Shown piece after piece: positions 27,236-36,993 of a DNA stretch of 64,000 bases. The stretch covers positions 114,910 through 178,909 of the forward strand of contig JAUILN010000010.1 in the NCBI GenBank assembly GCA_030432695.1. The letters run 5' to 3'. This DNA is from a bacterium. Lineage in GTDB: Bacteria; Planctomycetota; UBA1135; UBA2386. Below the pieces are notes generated by a model, which saw only the letters and a list, made by a program, of their open reading frames with translations, made no database searches and was not told the DNA's origin. Position 1 is the stretch's first letter; every line of letters begins with the position of its first letter. The position numbers and the translations under genes are program-made.

Positions 27236-30200
27236 ATGGATTCCCGGACCGCGGCGAACCGGGCCTCGATGACCGACTCGAATCCGCTCGACAGACGCTT
27301 CGCCGCCTTCGTACGAACCGGCGATCCCGACCACCTCGCCGCGGTCTTCGACGTGGCGGCGCCGAGGCTGCTGCTGGTGGCGATGCACCTCACCCGCGAC
27401 GTCGCGGAGGCCGAGGACCTGGTGCAGACCACGTTCCTGGAGGCGATCCGCGGTGCGGACCGCTTCGAGGCAGGGCGATCGGTGCTGCCCTGGCTGGTGA
27501 CGATCCTGAGCAGGCGGGCGCAGGACGCGCGGCGACGGCGGCGCGCCGCTGGTGCGGCCGACGAACCCGCGGCCGACGCAGCGGAGCCTCTGGCCGCGCT
27601 CGCGCACGAGGAGACGCTGCGCGCCGTCTCGCAAGCCCTCGACGGACTGCCCGCCCACTACCACGAGGTCGTGAGCCTGCGCTTCGTGCACGGGCTCAAA
27701 GTGGTCGAGATCGCCCGGGCGCTGCGCCGTCCGGTGGGCACGGTGCAGGCGCAGTTGCATCGGGGGTTGGCGATGCTACGGCGAGCGCTGCCGAAGAGCG
27801 TGGCGCTGTCGATGGCGGCGCTGTTGGCGGGGACCGAGCGCGGGCTGGCAGCGGTGCGAACGGAGGTGCTGCGAGCTGCGGGCGCCGGACTGGTCGCCTC
27901 GACCGCGTTCGGCAAGCTCGTGATGTTGGGACTGCTCGTACTCGCCACTGGCGTAGGGTTGTGGTGGATGCTGCCGAGCAGCGCGGCCCCGTCGCAGCTG
28001 CAGGATCGGTCCGCAGCGGCAGGCCCGATCTTCGAAGAGTCGGATCCGCGCGAAGAGCAGCGCATCGCGGTGGCGTCTTCTGGCAGCACCGCTCCGGTGC
28101 ACGAGCGCACCGGCGATCCGGAACCCGCGGCCGACGATCCGAACGTGGTGCGCTTCTCGGGGCGCGTGGTCGCGGCGGAGTCGGGGGAGCCGCTCGAGGG
28201 GGTGGAGATGTGGTTCCGGCAGAGCTGGACCAACCAGGACTACACCTACATCTTCGGGGACGGCCGCTACTGGTTGGTCGAGGACCACTTCGTCACCGGC
28301 ACGGACGGGCGGTTCGCATTCGCCGCGCGTCTGCTCCACGAGACCGGATACCAGCTCAACATGCAGGCCGACCGGCGGATCGGCCGATCGGGGTCCATCA
28401 CGAGGCTCACCGACCCCCTCCATGCCGACTTCGGCGACGTCGCGCTCCACCGTGGCACGCGCGTCACCGGCCGCATACGGAACCGGAACGGCGAAGGGAT
28501 CGAAGCCGGCCTGCACGCCGAAGCCCCGCTCCCGGAACTCCGAGGGCTGCCCGGGCTCGACGGATTCGACCTGATCGGGATCGCGTGGTCGGACGACGAC
28601 GGCCGCATCCGCGAGGGCCACACGACCGCCGCGGGAACGTGGCGACTCCTGTCGACCAGCGGTGAGGTGCTCGAACCGCGCGAGATCGTGGTGCGCGAAG
28701 GCCAGGATCACATCGACCTGAGCGTCCGCCTCGCCACCGCCGGGCCGATCGCCGAACTCGCCGGTCGCGTGATCGATCGCGCGGGCAACCCGGTCGCGAG
28801 GCAAGCAGTGCGCGCCTGGTTCCCTGGATCCGAAGACGCCTTCGACTCCGACTCGACGGACGAGGCCGGCCGATTCGTGATCACGGCGCGGCGCGAGGAA
28901 CAGCTGCAGCCGTTCCACCTCGGGTTGGCGAAGGGCAGGATCTTCTCGCGCTTCGCGGGTGGCGCTCCGGAACGGCTGTGGAACTGGAACGGGAGCGAGC
29001 CCGTGTTGACCGCGCAGCCGGCGTCGACGACCGACCTCGTGGTCGTCGATGCAGCCGGCACACCGATCGAGTCCTTCGGCCTCTGGCTGAAGGCCTCCGA
29101 CGAGCGGCGCTCGTGCTATGCCCACTTCGGCCACCATTCCGAGGGTCGACTCTCCTTGCCTGGACTGACCGACGACGTGCTCTCGCTCACGGTGATCCCC
29201 GAGCGGCGCGACCTCCGCTTCGCCACGATCCACCCCACCGCGGAACCGCAACCGCGTGACTGCGACGTCGCTCTCGTCCGCGGATCACCGCTCGAGATCG
29301 CCCTGCGCAGTGAGAATCGTCCCGTCTCCGGCGCGGACGTGGCGATGACCAGAGTCTCCCCCGTACTTCGCTACCTGAGTGACGACTCGACGGCTCCGCT
29401 CGCGGACGCGCGCGCCTGGTTCCAGACCGGCATCGGCTCCGGAGGCCAGTTCGTCTTCGACGACCGAGCGACCAGCGACGCTTCGGGAAGGGCGACCCTG
29501 TTCGTCGACTCCCGGTGGGAGCCCGAAGAAGGCGAGTTCGCACTCGTGATCCAACACCTCACCCACGAGAGCCAGGTGGTGCCACTCAGCGCCGAGCAGA
29601 TCGTCACCGGACGCGTGGAGGTCGAACTCGTGGCCGGCGGGGCGATCCTCGGCAGGGTCGTGCAACCCGACCTCGCCGGACGCTTCGCGGATCGGGTCGG
29701 CGCCGGCCGGCAACGAGACGATGGGACCTTCAGCCGTCCAGAACACGGTGGCCCGCGGAACACGCCGGCGTGGTGGGCCGAAAGCCCGATCGCCGCAGAT
29801 GGGTCGTTCGAGTTCCGGGGACTGCCGCCGGGCCGCTGGAGGCTCTCGCTGGAGCGGCACGGCCGCAACTTCGTCCACCCGGACATGCCGATCCTCGACA
29901 TCGAAGCGGGCGACACGACGACGGCGATCCTCGATCCGACCTCCCTGGCACCCGCCACGGTGCGCCTCCACGTCACCTTGGATGGACGACCCGCTCCGGA
30001 AGGCCGCTACGCATCCCTGACCCTCCTCGAAGACCACCCCCTCCTGAACCTCACCAGCCTCGACTCCGAGAAGTTCGACCGCGACGGATCCGTGTGCTTC
30101 CTCGACGTGCCAGCCGGATCCTACGCGCTGTTCAGCGGCGGCGTCGTCAACGGCGTCAACGACCACCGCTACTCGGCAGACGTGATCGTGGTCGCGCCGG

Positions 30201-30484
30201 GTCACGATGTGGAACAGCGCGTCGACCTCCCGCGACGCCGGCTGACCCTGGACCTCCGCGCTGCCGACGGGTCACCCACCGGGCTGTGGTCCGGCGCACG
30301 CTACACGGGCGGCGCACACCCCGACATCGGCCCCGACGGCAGGACCTTCGCTCCGCTCCCCGGCTTCGACGGCGTCACCCTCCACCTCCCCCGCCCCGAC
30401 GGCGGCGCCCCCCTCGTCCTCGGCCCCTTCCGGATCCCGGACGGCCAGACCACCCACCACCAGATCGTCCAACTCCCCGACTGA
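27236..30484 (+). CDS. ECF sigma-70 factor fused to a transmembrane segment and large extracytoplasmic beta-sandwich domain (one-component transmembrane sigma factor)
   Basis: Region 2 DLVQTTFLEAIRGADRF. Region 4 HTH YHEVVSLRFVHGLKVVEIARALRRPVGTVQAQLHRGL. TM helix FGKLVMLGLLVLATGVGLWWML. About 850 aa of carboxypeptidase-regulatory-like repeats (FSGRVVAAESGEPLEGVEMW). Single uninterrupted ORF. Confidence 0.8.
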   Translation: MDSRTAANRASMTDSNPLDRRFAAFVRTGDPDHLAAVFDVAAPRLLLVAMHLTRDVAEAEDLVQTTFLEAIRGADRFEAGRSVLPWLVTILSRRAQDARRRRRAAGAADEPAADAAEPLAALAHEETLRAVSQALDGLPAHYHEVVSLRFVHGLKVVEIARALRRPVGTVQAQLHRGLAMLRRALPKSVALSMAALLAGTERGLAAVRTEVLRAAGAGLVASTAFGKLVMLGLLVLATGVGLWWMLPSSAAPSQLQDRSAAAGPIFEESDPREEQRIAVASSGSTAPVHERTGDPEPAADDPNVVRFSGRVVAAESGEPLEGVEMWFRQSWTNQDYTYIFGDGRYWLVEDHFVTGTDGRFAFAARLLHETGYQLNMQADRRIGRSGSITRLTDPLHADFGDVALHRGTRVTGRIRNRNGEGIEAGLHAEAPLPELRGLPGLDGFDLIGIAWSDDDGRIREGHTTAAGTWRLLSTSGEVLEPREIVVREGQDHIDLSVRLATAGPIAELAGRVIDRAGNPVARQAVRAWFPGSEDAFDSDSTDEAGRFVITARREEQLQPFHLGLAKGRIFSRFAGGAPERLWNWNGSEPVLTAQPASTTDLVVVDAAGTPIESFGLWLKASDERRSCYAHFGHHSEGRLSLPGLTDDVLSLTVIPERRDLRFATIHPTAEPQPRDCDVALVRGSPLEIALRSENRPVSGADVAMTRVSPVLRYLSDDSTAPLADARAWFQTGIGSGGQFVFDDRATSDASGRATLFVDSRWEPEEGEFALVIQHLTHESQVVPLSAEQIVTGRVEVELVAGGAILGRVVQPDLAGRFADRVGAGRQRDDGTFSRPEHGGPRNTPAWWAESPIAADGSFEFRGLPPGRWRLSLERHGRNFVHPDMPILDIEAGDTTTAILDPTSLAPATVRLHVTLDGRPAPEGRYASLTLLEDHPLLNLTSLDSEKFDRDGSVCFLDVPAGSYALFSGGVVNGVNDHRYSADVIVVAPGHDVEQRVDLPRRRLTLDLRAADGSPTGLWSGARYTGGAHPDIGPDGRTFAPLPGFDGVTLHLPRPDGGAPLVLGPFRIPDGQTTHHQIVQLPD

Positions 30485-30565
30485 CCGAACCCGCGCGTGT
30501 CCCTCTCGCCCCCCGGGTGAATAATCCGGGCCGGGCCGATCACTCGGCCCAGCACGGAGCCGCAC

Positions 30566-31120
30566 ATGGACACGCTGTTCTTCTACATGGCCGTCGTCGG
30601 CGGGACCTTCCTCGCCATCCAGACCCTGATGCTGGTCCTCGGCATCGGGGTCGACGCCGACGTCGACGTCGATTCGGACTTCGACATCGACGCCGACCAC
30701 GGCGACTCCACCATCCTCAAGAAGCTGTCGCTGCAGGCGATCGTCGCCTTCGTGACCTTCTTCGGGCTCACCGGCCTGGCGATGCGCCATGCCGAGATCG
30801 GCATCGGCGCAGCCTCGGCTGGCGCGGTCGCCGCTGGCGTCGGCGCGATCTGGGTGGTCGGCTCGCTGATGGCGTCGCTCGCGAAGCTGCAGTCGAAGGG
30901 CAACCTCGACCTGCAGAACGCGGTCGGCCAGCGCGCGCGGGTCTACGTGAAGATCCCGAGCGCCGACGCCGGCACCGGCCTGGTCCACGTCGCGGTGCAG
31001 GGCCGCCGCGCCGAGTGCAAGGCGCGCACTGCCGGGCCCGAGATCCCCAGCGGCGCCGAGGTCCAGGTGCTGAGCGTCGCCGCCGATGGCGTGCTCGAGG
31101 TCGCGCTACAAGCTTCCTGA
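30566..31120 (+). CDS. NfeD-like membrane protein (YuaF-type, flotillin-associated)
   Basis: N-terminal TM helices, C-terminal OB-fold-like beta domain. Immediately upstream of the flotillin gene, matching the yuaF-floT arrangement. Confidence 0.7.
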   Translation: MDTLFFYMAVVGGTFLAIQTLMLVLGIGVDADVDVDSDFDIDADHGDSTILKKLSLQAIVAFVTFFGLTGLAMRHAEIGIGAASAGAVAAGVGAIWVVGSLMASLAKLQSKGNLDLQNAVGQRARVYVKIPSADAGTGLVHVAVQGRRAECKARTAGPEIPSGAEVQVLSVAADGVLEVALQAS

Positions 31121-31168
31121 CCGGCCGCCACTCCCCCACACGTCCCCTCGAAGGAGAGTCCCCAGTCG

Positions 31169-32833
31169 ATGCCCGACAATCCGTTCCTGACCTTTCTGGC
31201 GATCGCGGCCACCGCGATCGTCTTCGGCTTCCTGGTCCTCATCGTCAAACGCTACAAGCGCTGCCCCTCGAACCGGATCCTGGTGATCTACGGCAAGGTG
31301 CAGGAAGGTCGCTCGGCGCGCTGCCTGCATGGTGGCGGCGCGTTCGTGTGGCCGCTGATCCAGGACTACGAGTACCTGTCGCTGGATCCGATGCAGATCG
31401 AGATCCCGCTGCGGGGTGCACTCTCGAGCGAGAACATCCGCGTCAACGTGCCGAGCGTGTTCACGGTCGCCGTAGGCACCGAAGAAAGCGTGATGCAGAG
31501 CGCTGCCGAGCGCCTGCTCGGACTGAAGACCGGCGAGATCATCAAGCAGGCCGAGGACATCATCTTCGGCCAGCTCCGCCAGGTGATCGCGTCGATGGCG
31601 ATCGAGGACATCAACCGCGACCGCGACAAGTTCCTCGAGAGCATCCACAGCTCGTTGGCGCCGGAGCTCGAGAAGATCGGTCTGGTGCTGCTCAACGTGA
31701 ACATCACCGACATCACCGACGAGTCGGGCTACATCGAGGCGATCGGTCGGAAGGCCGCCAGCGAGGCGATCCAGCAGGCCGAGATCGACGTCGCGCAGCA
31801 GCAGAAGCATGGTGCGATCGGCGTCGCCGAAGCCAACCGTGAACAGATGATCATGGTCGCGCAGGCCGAGAAGGCTCGCGAGATCGGCACCAAGGAGGCC
31901 GAGCGCGACAAGCTGGTGCGGATCGCCGACATGCAGCGCGAGACCGAGGTCGGCCAGCAGACCGCGATGCTCCAGCAGCAGGCGCAGATCGCCGACGCCG
32001 AGCGGCAGAAGCGCGTCCAGGTCGCCGAGGCCAACGCCCACGCGGTCACCGGCGAGAACGAGGCCAAGAAGACCATCGCCGACACCAACGCGGCACTGCG
32101 GGTCCGTGAGGCCGAGGCGTTCCAGCTCGCCGAGACCCGCCACCGCGAGGCCGATGCGGCGGTCCGCGAGGCCCAGTACATCGCCGAAGCGCGCGCCGCC
32201 GAGGCACTGGCGCAGAAGATCGAGAAGGAGAAGCGCGCCGAACTCGAGGCGGTCGCCAAGGCCGAGAAGGCCAAGCAGATCGTCGACGCCGAGGCGGCCG
32301 CGGAGAAGGTGCGGATCGATGCCAACGCGCGGGCCGCGGCGACCTTCGCCCAGCTCGAGGCCGAGGCGCGCGGTGAGTACGAGATGCTGGCCAAGAAGGC
32401 GGATGGTCTGGAGCGGATCGTCCAGGGCTGCGGTGGCGCGCAGCAGGCCTTCCAGATGCTGATGCTCGAGCAGCTTCCCAAGCTGTCCGAGACCGCCGCA
32501 CAGGCGATCTCCAACATCCGCTTCGACAAGATCGTCGTCTGGGACAACGGCCAGGGCGGCAAGGACGGGCAGGGCGGCACGGCCGGCTTCCTGCGCGGTC
32601 TGGCCGGCGCGCTGCCGCCGATGCTCCACATGATGAAGGACGTCGGCGGCGTCGAGATGCCGGAGTTCCTCGGCAAGTTGGTCGGCCCGGACAGCGCCGC
32701 CGACGACGAGGAGACCTCGACTCTCGCCGAGGCAGGAGACGAGGCCGGTTCGAGCGGCTCGAAGGGGCGATCCTCAGCGCAGCGCGGCAAGCAGGCCAAG
32801 CGCGGAAGCAGTGACGGCGGAGCCGCCGGCTGA
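31169..32833 (+). CDS. floT: Flotillin (SPFH/band 7 family, FloT/YuaG-like)
   Basis: N-terminal TM segment, SPFH domain, and a long Ala/Glu-rich coiled coil (EAERDKLVRIADMQRETEVGQQTAMLQQQAQIADAERQKR...). Confidence 0.85.
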   Translation: MPDNPFLTFLAIAATAIVFGFLVLIVKRYKRCPSNRILVIYGKVQEGRSARCLHGGGAFVWPLIQDYEYLSLDPMQIEIPLRGALSSENIRVNVPSVFTVAVGTEESVMQSAAERLLGLKTGEIIKQAEDIIFGQLRQVIASMAIEDINRDRDKFLESIHSSLAPELEKIGLVLLNVNITDITDESGYIEAIGRKAASEAIQQAEIDVAQQQKHGAIGVAEANREQMIMVAQAEKAREIGTKEAERDKLVRIADMQRETEVGQQTAMLQQQAQIADAERQKRVQVAEANAHAVTGENEAKKTIADTNAALRVREAEAFQLAETRHREADAAVREAQYIAEARAAEALAQKIEKEKRAELEAVAKAEKAKQIVDAEAAAEKVRIDANARAAATFAQLEAEARGEYEMLAKKADGLERIVQGCGGAQQAFQMLMLEQLPKLSETAAQAISNIRFDKIVVWDNGQGGKDGQGGTAGFLRGLAGALPPMLHMMKDVGGVEMPEFLGKLVGPDSAADDEETSTLAEAGDEAGSSGSKGRSSAQRGKQAKRGSSDGGAAG

Positions 32834-32932
32834 GGCCGGAGTCGGAACCACGCGCGGGGCGACGACCGGAAAACGCGGCGTGCGCCGGCCCGCCCCCTGG
32901 ATGCGGACCGCGGCAGGTCTTCAGATCTCTGC

Positions 32933-34003
32933 ATGCTCCGTCGACTCCGCTCCGCTCCCGCCGCCCTCTCCGTGTCCGTGCTGCTGTGCGCGCTGCCGGC
33001 AGTGCCGGGCCAGGACGATCAGGCCCCCGAGGCCGGTGCCGTATCACTCGCGGAGGAGACCGCGCCGAACGACGAGAGCCCTTGGCTCACCCTCCGCGGC
33101 ACCGACGACTCCGCACTCGGCGCCGGCCGCCACGTCGTGTTCGTCACTGGCGACGAGGAGTACCGCTCCGAAGAGGGCATGCCGCAGATCGCCAGGATCC
33201 TGGCCCATCGCCACGGCTTCGACTGCACCGTCCTGTTCGCGGTCGACCCGGAGACCGGCGCCTTCGACCCGAACCACCAGGAGCACATCCCCGGTCTCGA
33301 AGCCCTCGACGACGCCGACCTGATGGTGGTGTTCACGCGCTTCCGGGATCTGCCCGACGAGCAGATGGCGCACTTCGTCGACTACGTCGAATCAGGCCGC
33401 CCCTTGCTCGGCCTGCGCACCGCCACCCACGCCTTCGACATCCGCGAAGACTCCACCTACCGCCGCTGGTCGTGGCGCAATCCGGAATGGGAGGGCGGCT
33501 TCGGCCGGCAGGTCCTCGGCGAGACCTGGATCGCCCATCACGGCGGACACGGCAGCGAGAGCACCCGTGGGCGCATCCCGGAAGATGCCGCCGAGCACGC
33601 CATCCTGCGTGGCATCGACGACGGCGCGGTCTGGGACCCGTCGGACGTGTATCGGGTGCGACTGCCGCTCCCCGAAGGCTGCGAGACCCTGCTGTTCGGC
33701 GAGGTGGTCGCCGGCATGTCGCCCACCGACGACGCGGTCGAAGGCCCCAAGAACGATCCGATGATGCCCGTCGCCTGGGTGCGCGAGCGGACGGTCGAAG
33801 CCGCCGAGGCCCCGCAGCGGGTGTTCGCGACCACCATCGGTGCGTCGCAGGCCTTCGCGCAGGAGGCCAGCCGCCGCCTGGTCGTCAACGCCTGCCTGTG
33901 GGCCATGGGCCTCGACGACCGGATCTCCGCCGACCTCGACGTGCGCCTGGTGGGCGACTACCAGCCGACGCGCTTCGGCTTCCGCCGCCCGAAGAAGGAC
34001 TGA
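32933..34003 (+). CDS. Secreted ThuA-like protein (class I glutamine amidotransferase-like fold)
   Basis: Signal peptide. ThuA-family motifs PVAWVRE...RVFATTIGAS and RRLVVNACLWAMG. Confidence 0.7.
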   Translation: MLRRLRSAPAALSVSVLLCALPAVPGQDDQAPEAGAVSLAEETAPNDESPWLTLRGTDDSALGAGRHVVFVTGDEEYRSEEGMPQIARILAHRHGFDCTVLFAVDPETGAFDPNHQEHIPGLEALDDADLMVVFTRFRDLPDEQMAHFVDYVESGRPLLGLRTATHAFDIREDSTYRRWSWRNPEWEGGFGRQVLGETWIAHHGGHGSESTRGRIPEDAAEHAILRGIDDGAVWDPSDVYRVRLPLPEGCETLLFGEVVAGMSPTDDAVEGPKNDPMMPVAWVRERTVEAAEAPQRVFATTIGASQAFAQEASRRLVVNACLWAMGLDDRISADLDVRLVGDYQPTRFGFRRPKKD

Positions 34004-34016
34004 CCGCGCGCCGGCG

Positions 34017-35894
34017 TCAGTTCCTCTCGAGAACCCAGACCCAGTCGTTCCAGGTCGGGCTCGGCGCCGCCGGGACATTGCGGATGCCGCCACCCCAACG
34101 GGCCTCGGCCGCCCCCTCGAACACCCCGTCCCGCGGATTGAACCAGCGGCCGACGAAGCGCGCGTCACTCGGCTCCTGCCGCAGGTCGATGCGACCGGTC
34201 GTGGTCGCCTCCGGGTAGTAGACCAGATAGACGGATCCCGGCAGCCCGAAGACCTCGGCCTCACCGTAGTTGGAATGGACGGTCTCGTTGGTGACCAGGC
34301 CGTCCGCGGGAAGCATCAGCGGGAACGGGTACCGCTCCAGCAAGCTGCGGGCGTGCCGAGACTGCCGCCACATCGTGTCGCGCGAGCGAAAGTCCTCGAG
34401 GCGGATGTCGCCACCACCGTCCAGGACCGAGTAGTAGCCGCAGTACCACGACAGGTTGCCGCCCGACAACAGCACGTCCCAGAGCACCTTGCGGCGCATC
34501 TCGGCGTGGTTCGAACGCGACAGACCGATCAGCGCCGGACCCTGCTCGTCGACGTCGACGATCGCGTGGCGCCGGAACTGCTCGAACAGCTCGTGCGCCG
34601 CCTCGGTCGCCGGGTTGTAGTCGGCCCGATTGATCTGCAACGAGGCCGAGGTCAGCCACGACGAGTCGTTGGCGTTGGTGAGGATCTGCCGGTAGATGCT
34701 CTGGTCGTCCGGATCGGTGTGCACCGCCATCGGATGCTCGAACGACTGCCAGCGGCGGATCCACTGCGCGATCGCCTCGAGCTCGTTCACGGTGAACTGC
34801 GTGGTCGGCTCGGGCGCGTTCTCCTCGCAGAGGATCCACCGCAGCCCGGGATGGTGACCGAACATCGCCACCATCATCTTGAGGTAGAGCCGCCGCTGGA
34901 CCGACTGGGCTCCACCGAGCCAACTGATGTTCTCCAGCTCCCGCTCCGCCAGCACGAACTCCAGCAGGATGCCGAGCCGCTGCGCGTGCTCGAACACGGT
35001 GTCCCACTGCTCCATCCGGCCGACGTCGTAGTGGGTGACCTTGCCGAACTCGCTGCCGCTCGGATCGACGAAGGGGAACACGTCCTGACCGTCGCCCCCC
35101 AGGTTGTTGGCAAGGAAGTAGACCGAGTTCACCCCCACGTCGTGCAGGTAGTTGAGCGCGCCGACGATGCCCCGGCCGGCGTGAGGGTCCCCTCCGGACC
35201 GCCACTCGGGATCGCCCGGCCGCCAATCGGCCACGTGGTTCGGGTAGTCGTGCAGGAAGGTCTCGCCCAACGGGATGTTGCCCGAGTCGAACGCGCCATC
35301 GAAGCCGCTGTACGCCAGCAGGTTCTCGGGGCTATTGGTCCCGGTCTTCAGGAACCAGGTGCCATCGCGGTGACGTAGGTAGCGAGCGCCGACCGCCTCC
35401 AGCGGGCCATGTCGATGGAAGCCGGTCGCGGCGGGGTCCGGCATCGTCACCTGGAACAGCTGGATCTCGCCGTGCGGAGCGAGCGGCGTGCCCGGAGTCG
35501 CCAGTCCGGCGACGTTGAGGCGCGGCCCCTTCTCGAAGGACACGACCATCGCCCACTGACCGACCTCGTCGGGCGTGAACCGGACCTTCCAGACGCTGCC
35601 GGCATCTCCGCCGAGGCCGTCCGCGGCATAGAACCCGGGCGTGTTCAGGACGCGTCCGCTCGGCGAGACGAACCATCCATGCATCCTGTAGTCGAGGAAC
35701 GGGTGGTCGGGCGACGCGGTGGTCTCCGACAGTCCACCGGGCGCGCGCGCGGCGGTGGAGTAGGCGAATTCGATCGGTTGGAACGCTGCGACGAGTCGAT
35801 GCACGGCGCGACGCGGGCCAGGGTTCACCTGGGCGTCGACGGGGGAGAGGAGCATCGGCACGCCGAAGATCCCGAGGAGGATCGCGGTGCGCAT
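34017..35894 (-). CDS. Secreted putative glycoside hydrolase (DUF5060 N-domain plus DUF4038/GH140-like TIM barrel)
   Basis: Signal peptide MRTAILLGIFGVPMLLSPVDA. Domain architecture resembles GH140 apiosidase-like proteins. The track ORF upstream of 35894 is spurious. Confidence 0.6.
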   Translation of the reverse strand: MRTAILLGIFGVPMLLSPVDAQVNPGPRRAVHRLVAAFQPIEFAYSTAARAPGGLSETTASPDHPFLDYRMHGWFVSPSGRVLNTPGFYAADGLGGDAGSVWKVRFTPDEVGQWAMVVSFEKGPRLNVAGLATPGTPLAPHGEIQLFQVTMPDPAATGFHRHGPLEAVGARYLRHRDGTWFLKTGTNSPENLLAYSGFDGAFDSGNIPLGETFLHDYPNHVADWRPGDPEWRSGGDPHAGRGIVGALNYLHDVGVNSVYFLANNLGGDGQDVFPFVDPSGSEFGKVTHYDVGRMEQWDTVFEHAQRLGILLEFVLAERELENISWLGGAQSVQRRLYLKMMVAMFGHHPGLRWILCEENAPEPTTQFTVNELEAIAQWIRRWQSFEHPMAVHTDPDDQSIYRQILTNANDSSWLTSASLQINRADYNPATEAAHELFEQFRRHAIVDVDEQGPALIGLSRSNHAEMRRKVLWDVLLSGGNLSWYCGYYSVLDGGGDIRLEDFRSRDTMWRQSRHARSLLERYPFPLMLPADGLVTNETVHSNYGEAEVFGLPGSVYLVYYPEATTTGRIDLRQEPSDARFVGRWFNPRDGVFEGAAEARWGGGIRNVPAAPSPTWNDWVWVLERN

Positions 35895-36151
35895 GGAGGG
35901 TAGGGGATGGAGAGTCGTGAGGCGGGGAGAGCCTTGGTGGGTGGAGCCGCCGCTACGATTCCTTTCCACCCACCGGCTATCAGAATCGTCGGAAACTCCG
36001 AGTATGGCAAGCTCGGATCCGAGACGTCCAAAAATTGGCCTGGCCAATATTCGCGACGACACAGAGCCGCATACATCCCCGCAGCCGATAGAAACATCCC
36101 CCAATCAAGTCGTGGGCGGACACACCCCCCGGAGCGCCCGCCCCCGCCGAC

Positions 36152-36847
36152 TCAGCGCAGCGGCACGCCGCTCTCGTCGACAGGCACAGTCTCGCGCGGA
36201 GCGGTCACGATCGCGTCGACCTCGGCCTGGCTCAGAAACACCCCGAACCAGTGGAAGCCGCGCAGCCTCAGCAGCCCATCGAAGCTGCGCAGGTGGTTGC
36301 GCGAGCCGCGCGCCAGGTTCTGCCACACGGTCGCGAGGTCCCGGTTGTCGGTGCGAGCGATCGCGTGCTGCAGGTCGACGATGTCGAGGTCCTCGATGAG
36401 CGCCCCCACCACCTCGGCATGCAAGGGCGACATCCGACCGAACGAGACCAACATCAAGTAGAGGTCTCGGAAGACCACGTCGCGGTAGACACCGGGCTGG
36501 TCGGACGGCAGTGGATCAGGGATGCGGTAGCGGACGAGCATCGCGGCGACCAGGTCCATGTGCGACTGCTCGGAGTCGGCGATGTTGGCGAAGGCCGGAG
36601 TGCCGTGGACCTGGAACAGCGCCAGGTAGACGTCGCGAGCCAGCTTCTCCTCCTGACGCATGTGCTCCAGGTCGGCGCGCTCGACCGCGTCGACGACCTG
36701 CAACGGCAGCGACGCCAGGTAGCGGTCCAGCAACCCCTGGCCGTTGCCGCCGCCGCCATTGCCGTTGCCCGGCCCACCCTGCGCAACGGCGACGGGTGCC
36801 AGAACCAGCAGGATCCACAGGAGACGGACAGGGGAACGGATCTTCAT
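36152..36847 (-). CDS. Secreted DUF2202 (ferritin-like) domain protein
   Basis: Signal peptide, Gly/Asn linker, then HMRQEEKLARDVYLALF, which is characteristic of DUF2202. Confidence 0.6.
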   Translation of the reverse strand: MKIRSPVRLLWILLVLAPVAVAQGGPGNGNGGGGNGQGLLDRYLASLPLQVVDAVERADLEHMRQEEKLARDVYLALFQVHGTPAFANIADSEQSHMDLVAAMLVRYRIPDPLPSDQPGVYRDVVFRDLYLMLVSFGRMSPLHAEVVGALIEDLDIVDLQHAIARTDNRDLATVWQNLARGSRNHLRSFDGLLRLRGFHWFGVFLSQAEVDAIVTAPRETVPVDESGVPLR

Positions 36848-36993
36848 GGGTCACCTCGGAGTCGGTCGCCGGCGACGACGCCGGCTTCGTCCCCGAGCGA
36901 GGGCAACGGCCATGCCACCCCGCGATGGTGGAGTTCTTCGGCACCACCTTGCGCACTCCGGTGCCCGTCTGCGCAGGATGTGCGCACTCGCGA

